This document shows positions 57,759-64,000 of a stretch of 64,000 bases of DNA, one piece after another. Source of the DNA: Candidatus Moraniibacteriota bacterium (lineage in GTDB: Bacteria > Patescibacteriota > Minisyncoccia > Moranbacterales > UBA2206); assembly GCA_049303905.1 (NCBI GenBank), contig JBAQNP010000011.1, forward strand, positions 2,020 through 66,019, given 5' to 3'. The notes beneath the pieces were generated by a model. That model was not told the origin of the DNA. It searched no databases and was given only the letters and a program-made list of their open reading frames with translations. The position numbers and the translations under genes were made by a program. Within the stretch, counting starts at the first letter, position 1. Every line of letters starts with the position of its first letter.

Positions 57759-58313
57759 ATGGTGCAAATAAAATGCAATGTCTGTAAAAAAGAATTTTAT
57801 GCTAAGCCGAGCCAGATTAAAAATGGCTTAGGTAAATATTGTTCTCGAGAATGTCATCATGTAAAACTAAAAACTGGAAAAATAGTCAGTTGTTATATTT
57901 GCAAAAAACAAACATACAAATCTGGCAAAGCGCTAAAAGGTTCAAAAAGTAAAAAATATTTCTGTAGCAAATCCTGTCAAACTAAATGGAGAAATTCGAT
58001 GGTTTTTATAGGTAAAAATCATACAAATTGGAAGGGTGGTCGCTTCACATATAGAAATATCATATCTAGAAGCAATGTTCCAAAGGTTTGCACCATATGT
58101 GATGAAAAAGATACTAGGGTATTACTCGTCCATCATATGGATGTAGATAATAAAAATAATAAACTTGATAATTTAATTTGGTTGTGTCATAATTGTCATT
58201 TCTTAGTTCACCATTATGCAAAAGAAAAAGAAAATATAAATAAAATTATTTCCAATAAAAATTCAATGAGTAATTTAAAGTCTATAGAGGGGCGGGTATC
58301 GTCCAGTGGTTAG
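57759..58313 (+). CDS. HNH endonuclease with N-terminal Cys-rich zinc-finger repeats
   Basis: HHMDVDNKNNKLDNLIWLCHNCHFLVHH HNH motif; N-terminal CxxC...C..H repeats. The last ~8 codons read into tRNA-His. Confidence 0.7.
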   Translation: MVQIKCNVCKKEFYAKPSQIKNGLGKYCSRECHHVKLKTGKIVSCYICKKQTYKSGKALKGSKSKKYFCSKSCQTKWRNSMVFIGKNHTNWKGGRFTYRNIISRSNVPKVCTICDEKDTRVLLVHHMDVDNKNNKLDNLIWLCHNCHFLVHHYAKEKENINKIISNKNSMSNLKSIEGRVSSSG

Positions 58314-58364
58314 GACACAAGTTTGTGGAACTTGGAAGTTGGGTTCAATTCCCAATACCCGCCC
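58290..58364 (+). tRNA. tRNA-His (anticodon GTG) with extra 5' G(-1)
   Basis: G-1 + GGCGGGT/ACCCGCC + C73; anticodon arm CAAGT-TTGTGGA-ACTTG. Confidence 0.75.
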
Positions 58365-58387
58365 CTGTGTAGATTTTCATACTATAT

Positions 58388-58460
58388 GCGCCGGTAGCTC
58401 AGTGGATAGAGCAGTAGCCTTCTAAGCTATTGGTCGCAGGTTCGATTCCTACCCGGCGCA
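58388..58460 (+). tRNA. tRNA-Arg (anticodon TCT)
   Basis: Acceptor GCGCCGG/CCGGCGC, anticodon arm GTAGC-CTTCTAA-GCTAT. Confidence 0.65.
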
Positions 58461-58461
58461 C

Positions 58462-58498
58462 AATAAAAAATTACGTAATTAATTACGTAATTTTTTTC
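58462..58498. terminator. bidirectional terminator: A6 + AATTACGTAATTAATTACGTAATT + T7 (second copy of the palindrome at 32914-32937)
   Basis: Perfect 24-bp palindrome flanked by A-run and T-run; placed between the tRNA cluster (+) and the giant gene (-). Confidence 0.6.
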
Positions 58499-58787
58499 TT
58501 TTCATCCTCTTTGCTAAAAACAAAAAATATTTGCCGAAATTCTTGTTTGAGTTTTAGATTTTTATCTAAAAATATCCTTTCTTTTGTATTTTTTTGCATT
58601 TTTATCCACCCCATAAAATAAAGAATTATAAATTGAGATTTTAGAGCGTTAAGAATTTACTCATCAGTGCCTAAGAGGCGTTAGTAAATTTAGCGAGAAA
58701 ATCGAAAATTTATTTCTTTATTTTATTAGGGTGGCCTTTTTTCTTTCTGCCACTTTCTTTTTGGGCAAAAAGAAAGTGGTGAGGAGT

Positions 58788-61700
58788 CTAATTCCCAATC
58801 TTCTTCACCCACCCAAAGGTGCTTTCAAAGTTAGAGATGATGAGATCAAGAACTGATTGTTGTTTAGTTGGAGTGAGGAGGGAGTAGTTTTCAGAGATAG
58901 AGACATTACCGTGTTTGTCAAAGGAAGCAGTTCTGAATTGATAGACACTGGCAGGTTTTAGATCAGTCAGAACAAAGAGATGGTTTTTGGTGAGATCTTG
59001 TTTTTTGATGAGTTTCCAGTTATCAATTTTAGTTATGTCAGGGTTTTTGAGTTGATCAATTAGATTAGGGTCTTTTTCTACTCCTTCGCGGTAAGCCAGG
59101 ATAGAATTAGAATCTTTGTCAGTGTTCCAACTAATGATGGTTTGGATTTGAGCTTCTTTACCAGGAAAGACGGTGGTGTCAGATTTAACGTTGGTGATAG
59201 TCGGAGCGTTGAGATCTTCCTCGGTTGTGAAACTCTGCTCTTCACTACTAGATTCATTGTTAAATGCGTCTTTGGAAGAGACTTTGAAGGTGTAGCGCGT
59301 ACCAGGGAAAAGGTTGGTGAGGGTGAAGGAGTGGTCAGTGACCGCTTCGAGTTCTCCGTTGGTGGTACCTTTGGTCTCTCCATCTTTTTTGAATTCTACT
59401 CGGGAGTCTGTTTTGACGTTAGTTTGCCAATTAATGGTGGCGGATTCGATTTGGATATCTTTGATGGTAACATTGGAGATTACTGGGAGAGAGGTGGTGG
59501 TGAAGGAGTAGTCGTCACTGGTGAGAGTTTGACCGTCAGAGTCGGTGGCAGTGACTCTTAGGTGGTAAGTGGTGTTTTCGTTGAGGTTAGTGAGATTAAC
59601 TGTGTGGAGATTACTGGTAGTTTTACCTTTGTCAGATTTTCCATATTTAATTGATTCACCGTATTCAAGTTGGGAAGAGTCAATGGAGCCAGTGGTGGTC
59701 CAAGAGATATCAGCAGAGTTGAGGGTGAGGTTGGAAATGGAGATACCAGAGAGACTGGCAGTGTCTCCGGTGGAGAAAGATTTGTTTTCTGATTGGGTGG
59801 TGGTACCTAGGAGTCCTTCAGAGTAAGCGTAGTAGTTATACTGAGTGTTAGCGTTCAAGTTTTTAATTATGATTTCGTGGTCTGTCCTAGCAGCAGTAAT
59901 GTTTTCCGCTTGACTCGTTGCCGTGTCCTCGTTGTCAGTGTCTTGCCAATAGTAAATCTTTCCAATAGCTGGTCGGTTGGTGGTCCAGGAGAAAGTAGCT
60001 GTGGTATCAGTGATATCTACAGATGGGCCACTGCTGGTAATGGAGATAGAGTAGAGTCCAGAGAGAGCGTCTTGGATTTCGGCTTCGGTGAAATAGTAGT
60101 TGTCGATCATATCTTGGATTTGGGACATGATGTCGGTAAGTTGGTCGCCTTCGCCATCTGCGTCAACATCTTCGGTTGGGGAGGTGGTGGTGAAGGTGAG
60201 AAGATTATTTGAGTCGTCTTTGTTTTGGGTGGAAAGATTATCATCAGAATCTCTTGAAGAAACCTTAAAATAATATGTAGTAACTGAGTTTAAGCCATTT
60301 AATAAAACTTCATGAACAGTGACTGATTCAGTAGAAGCATTTCCTTTACTCTCTGCATATTCCTCTGCTATTCCATAATCCACCAAACTATTCCCCACCA
60401 CATCCGTCACCCACCTCACCACCGCACTGTCATACTTAATATCACTCACGACAATATCAGAAATAGTCGGTCCGGTAGTGTCGGGAGTTTCTTCTGAGTT
60501 AGTAGTGAAAGTATAATCTGTATTGCTGTTAGTATTAGGATTGGAGTTTTCATCCGTGGCAGTAATTTTGAAATGATAGGTGGTGTTAGGAGTGAGTTCT
60601 TCTAAATCAAAGACTTGATTGATGTTTAGATTATCACTGGTAAGCGTAGTGCCATAACTAGTGTCTGTTCCATATTCCAAAGTTGAAGTTGATTGTTCAC
60701 TAGTGGTGAAATTGATTTTAGCGGTAGTGGTGGTTTTGGAAATATCAGTGTTGGAGTTGAAAGTAATGGTTGGGGCAATAAGGTCTTGCGTAGTAGTAAA
60801 GGAGTAATAGCTGTTAATGGGATATTGGTTGTTGTCAGTAGCAGTGTCTCCATTGTAAGTTGATTGGGCATAGAAATAGTATTTAGTTCCTTGAAGAAGT
60901 CCAGTAATAGTCACTTCATGATTGGTAGAATCTTGGCTGGTACCTAAGAAGTTTTCTGCATTAGACATATCTGAAAAGGTAGAATAGTTAATTTTAGAAG
61001 AAGCGGCGATGTCAGTAATCCAATTGATGGTAGCTGAAGTGTTGGTGGTTTTAGAAACTAAAACAGAACCACTGGTGATTTTTGGTCCGGGGAGAGTTTT
61101 GAAATGATAGCCAAGATGATTATTATCGGCGTTATCGTCAGTGCCTGTAATAGCATTAGTGCCCGTAGATTTGACTTGGAAATAGTAGTCGGTGTCAGGA
61201 GTGAGATTAGTAAGCACTACAGTGTGCGGTCCATAGTGGCCGGTGGAACTATTGTCATACATTGTATCAGAGCCAACTTCAGTAGTGAATGATCCGGGGG
61301 TGATGGAATACCCGACAGTAGAATTAGAAAAAACATCCGTACTCCAAGTGATGGTGGCCTGGGAAGTGAAAATGGGAGAAGGTGGGATTTGGACATCGGA
61401 AATAATTGGCGGAGCGGTAGATGTGCCTCCTCCTCCTTCACCATAGTTTTGAATTCCATCAGCTTTGGCTTGGACAGTTTCTGAAAAGAAAGATTGGTTA
61501 CTATTAGAATCAATTGTTTTGACTTTGTAGAAATATTCAGTGTCTCCTACTACGGTATTATCAGGATAGGAGTTGGTGGATTGAGTGTAGGTGAAAAAGA
61601 TTTGATTAAAAGTGCTGTTGTCAGTAGAGCGATAGAGCTCATAGCGATTAAAATTTGGATCAGTGGATACTTTCCAAGCAATGAAGAGTCGAAATTCATT

Positions 61701-63830
61701 AGGAGTGGTAAGGGTGTTAGTGGTATCTTGGACCATAAAAGCAGTAGGGGTTTCGGGGGAGGTGGTGTAAGAGATGCTTGATTCGTTATTGTATTGGTCT
61801 TTTAGTTGGAGACAAATGGTGAATGGATCTTGAGCGGGAGTGATGGTGGGAGTGGCATTATATGTTTCGTAACTTGCAGAAGAAAGAGCGATTTGGCAAG
61901 CATCTGAATCTTCTCCTTGAGCGAGTTTCATTTGATAGGTAGAGTCATCAGAGGATGTAATGTTGATTTGGGCGGGAGAAACGGAAGCGTCTAAATCCAC
62001 ATCAGTAATAACGGGTGGTTTGGTGTCGAGGGTGAAGTTAGTGGAAGCTAAGATGGCGGTGTTGTTGGCGGCTTCACCATCATTAACTATCGCTTTAATT
62101 TGCGTATCAGTTTCATAAGTGGTAATTTCAATACCCGATTCACAACCTGGATCCCAAACGGCGGAGTATGGCAAGAAGTTTGTTTCTTCGACGGTTTTTT
62201 GATCTAGATCATTTGCGCCAAGACAACCAGCAGTAATATTAGTCCAGTTTGTTCCGCCATCGATGGAATATTGAAAAGATGGAGTCACTTTATACCTGTT
62301 AACCAAAGTAGCCGTGGAAGTGTCAGGATCACGAGCTTCATAGGCAATATTGACATTGCCGGAAGAATCAGGACTGGCGGTGACATTTTGAATTTGAGGA
62401 GCGCCATTGACTACATAGACCATTTGAATATCATCTACTGTCGGAGCATTACCCATTCCTTTGGAAAGTTCCAGTTTGTATTGGAAATATCGATCATCAG
62501 TTCCATCTTTCATTCCGGCGGGAATAATTGTTTGATCACAAGAAACTGCGGTAGAGTTTTTTTCACAACCAGTGGTCAAACTGCTAGGAGTTGAAAGCGC
62601 CACTTCGGTCCAACTGGCGCCGGAAAGTGCGGTGGCGTCGGCACCGGTGCGCAAATATATTTTTGTTTGAGAGCCATCTTGCAATGTTTCATCTTCTTCC
62701 CAGCTTACTCCTCCGAGGGCATTGGCAGAGTCGGTGGAATCATAGGGGGAGGAAATAAGAGAGCCAGCATCGCCATAGTAGACCACCAAGTCATACATCA
62801 CTGGAGTTTTTGCCAAATCATCCGTACCTAAGACAACTTGATATTGAAAATATCTTTCACCGTCATCCACGCAATTATTATTTGAAATGTCAGTGTTATT
62901 AGAAACCAAATCACAAGTTGACCAAGCCGGAGCAGTACTCATATTAGAATTGGAATCCGTTCGTACTTTGATCGAAAGAGAAGTATTGGGCAAAACATTA
63001 TCCGTCCAAACCACATTCAAATAATCTTTTCCTGAAGCACCAGTATCTTTGATTGAACTGGTAAAAGTTGATTCATAAGTTCTCATGGCTGTCGTCGGCA
63101 ATTCATAGTCCACATTCACATTATCCGTAATTGGAAAATCAGTTCCGCCCACCACATTAGCAATGAGGATGGCGCGATATTGAAAATATCGATCACTGGT
63201 TTGATCGCGAAAAGCGGAAGCGGTTTGTTCTCCCCCATTGGGATCAGAAAACCAACTTTCCGTTCCTCCGCTCGGCCCCATCCAAGAAGTCCAAGTGGCA
63301 TTATCCGCCGAAGAACGTATTTGATAAACGACATTAGAAGTTCCCGCCAAAGTTTCACTCCAACTCAAACTGTTGATGATATTTTTGGAATCCTGTGAAT
63401 CAAAAATGGAAGAAGTTAGAACGGCGGTATTGGTAGTGATTAAAACATCATAAACGGTCGGCGTAGCGGACAAATTATTTGTTCCCAAAACTACATTATA
63501 TTGAATATATCGCAAACCATCATAAGCATCCAAGGAATTTCCATTAGTGAGTTCTGCCGACCAAGCCGTCCAAGTGCCGTCCGGCGTCACAACATTTCCC
63601 GCTCTGACTTTGAAAACCAAAGAAGTGCTAGCGGGAACATTCAATCCCCAGCTGATTGTTCCATAGTCCACCGAGGAGTGATAATTATCCATTACTCGTG
63701 AAGTAAAAGTTGATTCATAAGCGGATGCTTTCGCGCTATCCGTTTTTAAAAATAAAAAACAAAAAACCGCCAAACAAAATATTGCTACTGAAAAAATTGA
63801 TTTTAATTTGTACATCTTTGTCTTTTTCAT
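58788..63830 (-). CDS. giant (1680 aa) secreted cell-surface protein with many fibronectin-type-III-like repeats
   Basis: Signal peptide MKKTKMYKLKSIFSVAIFCLAVFCFLF; repeated FN3-like blocks (...TYHFKITATDENSN..., ...YYFKVSSRDSDDN..., ...YYFYAQSTYNGD..., ...RYTFKVSSKDAFNN...); Thr/Ser-rich. Confidence 0.7.
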   Translation of the reverse strand: MKKTKMYKLKSIFSVAIFCLAVFCFLFLKTDSAKASAYESTFTSRVMDNYHSSVDYGTISWGLNVPASTSLVFKVRAGNVVTPDGTWTAWSAELTNGNSLDAYDGLRYIQYNVVLGTNNLSATPTVYDVLITTNTAVLTSSIFDSQDSKNIINSLSWSETLAGTSNVVYQIRSSADNATWTSWMGPSGGTESWFSDPNGGEQTASAFRDQTSDRYFQYRAILIANVVGGTDFPITDNVNVDYELPTTAMRTYESTFTSSIKDTGASGKDYLNVVWTDNVLPNTSLSIKVRTDSNSNMSTAPAWSTCDLVSNNTDISNNNCVDDGERYFQYQVVLGTDDLAKTPVMYDLVVYYGDAGSLISSPYDSTDSANALGGVSWEEDETLQDGSQTKIYLRTGADATALSGASWTEVALSTPSSLTTGCEKNSTAVSCDQTIIPAGMKDGTDDRYFQYKLELSKGMGNAPTVDDIQMVYVVNGAPQIQNVTASPDSSGNVNIAYEARDPDTSTATLVNRYKVTPSFQYSIDGGTNWTNITAGCLGANDLDQKTVEETNFLPYSAVWDPGCESGIEITTYETDTQIKAIVNDGEAANNTAILASTNFTLDTKPPVITDVDLDASVSPAQINITSSDDSTYQMKLAQGEDSDACQIALSSASYETYNATPTITPAQDPFTICLQLKDQYNNESSISYTTSPETPTAFMVQDTTNTLTTPNEFRLFIAWKVSTDPNFNRYELYRSTDNSTFNQIFFTYTQSTNSYPDNTVVGDTEYFYKVKTIDSNSNQSFFSETVQAKADGIQNYGEGGGGTSTAPPIISDVQIPPSPIFTSQATITWSTDVFSNSTVGYSITPGSFTTEVGSDTMYDNSSTGHYGPHTVVLTNLTPDTDYYFQVKSTGTNAITGTDDNADNNHLGYHFKTLPGPKITSGSVLVSKTTNTSATINWITDIAASSKINYSTFSDMSNAENFLGTSQDSTNHEVTITGLLQGTKYYFYAQSTYNGDTATDNNQYPINSYYSFTTTQDLIAPTITFNSNTDISKTTTTAKINFTTSEQSTSTLEYGTDTSYGTTLTSDNLNINQVFDLEELTPNTTYHFKITATDENSNPNTNSNTDYTFTTNSEETPDTTGPTISDIVVSDIKYDSAVVRWVTDVVGNSLVDYGIAEEYAESKGNASTESVTVHEVLLNGLNSVTTYYFKVSSRDSDDNLSTQNKDDSNNLLTFTTTSPTEDVDADGEGDQLTDIMSQIQDMIDNYYFTEAEIQDALSGLYSISITSSGPSVDITDTTATFSWTTNRPAIGKIYYWQDTDNEDTATSQAENITAARTDHEIIIKNLNANTQYNYYAYSEGLLGTTTQSENKSFSTGDTASLSGISISNLTLNSADISWTTTGSIDSSQLEYGESIKYGKSDKGKTTSNLHTVNLTNLNENTTYHLRVTATDSDGQTLTSDDYSFTTTSLPVISNVTIKDIQIESATINWQTNVKTDSRVEFKKDGETKGTTNGELEAVTDHSFTLTNLFPGTRYTFKVSSKDAFNNESSSEEQSFTTEEDLNAPTITNVKSDTTVFPGKEAQIQTIISWNTDKDSNSILAYREGVEKDPNLIDQLKNPDITKIDNWKLIKKQDLTKNHLFVLTDLKPASVYQFRTASFDKHGNVSISENYSLLTPTKQQSVLDLIISNFESTFGWVKKIGN

Positions 63831-64000
63831 CGCTGAATCGCTTATAGATTAAAAATATATATTATCTCTTTTGAACATTCGGCAATATCTGAAATCAATA
63901 TAAAAATAATTGTAGAAAAGAATGGAAATCTCCTTGGTGAGAATTTTTTTTCGTAAATTATATGAATTATAGTGTTTCATCATTCCAAGTATTGAATTGA

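Noticed and set aside
59078-62594. Multiple 60-140-aa ORFs on both strands inside the giant surface-protein gene (e.g. 59142..59561+, 59877..60212+, 62271..62594+)
   Set aside because: They are nested within a continuous 5-kb ORF with consistent repeat-domain structure. They are alternative-frame artefacts of Thr/Ser/Gly-rich codons.
1-64000. rRNA genes, CRISPR-Cas loci, classical IS transposases
   Set aside because: No 16S/23S/5S-like conserved segments, no arrays of three or more regularly spaced repeats with cas genes, and no DDE/IS200-type transposase motifs were seen. The mobile signals are a serine recombinase, GIY-YIG and HNH genes instead.

Overview
AT-rich, gene-dense bacterial chromosome segment. 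Gene content and architecture suggest a Patescibacteria/CPR-like organism (inference): weak Shine-Dalgarno signals, a giant FN3-repeat surface protein, many small membrane proteins. Promoters are strong TTGaca-N16/17-TGnTATAAT type, some leaderless. Housekeeping genes identified from motifs: radC, a tandem-fused Ddl, a class I/II aminotransferase, an RRM RNA-binding protein, rsgA, a PfkB kinase, ahcY, ABC-F, a DEAD-box helicase, an HI0933 flavoprotein, cspA-like, an M23 peptidase, a COG0701 permease, an ECF sigma factor, tsaD, Hsp20, VanW, and six tRNAs (Asn, Glu, Arg-TCG, Lys, His, Arg-TCT). Two accessory regions stand out. (1) 1.8-12.4 kb, all on the minus strand, is a defence/mobile-type island: a Fic/RhuM protein, two DinD paralogs, a Cys4 PD-(D/E)XK nuclease, an SDH/ClpP-fold serine protease, a DpnI-like m6A-dependent restriction endonuclease with a dpnD-like partner, DUF3800, and a YefM-nuclease fusion. 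Three of its operons, plus a lone Bro-N gene at 47 kb, are driven by a near-identical ~60-bp promoter cassette carrying a perfect DnaA box (TTATCCACA). (2) About 21.0-32.9 kb is a putative integrative element at tRNA-Asn. It holds a large serine recombinase, two iteron-like tandem repeat arrays, a SpoVG-like gene, small phage-like ORFs, and as cargo an AAA+ ATPase + S8 subtilase operon (IetAS-like two-gene defence architecture). Two further unknown genes and a second Fic protein follow. A GIY-YIG mini-cassette flanked by 25-bp direct repeats sits at the 5' end of tRNA-Asn. An HNH endonuclease sits inside a four-tRNA cluster. Other oddities: a 24-bp perfect palindrome (AATTACGTAATTAATTACGTAATT) used twice as a bidirectional terminator, a recurring ACGAAAT intergenic motif, a GC-rich hairpin cluster at 25.74-25.88 kb, and a cluster of tandem-Ddl, aminotransferase and C-terminally truncated Mur ligase genes.
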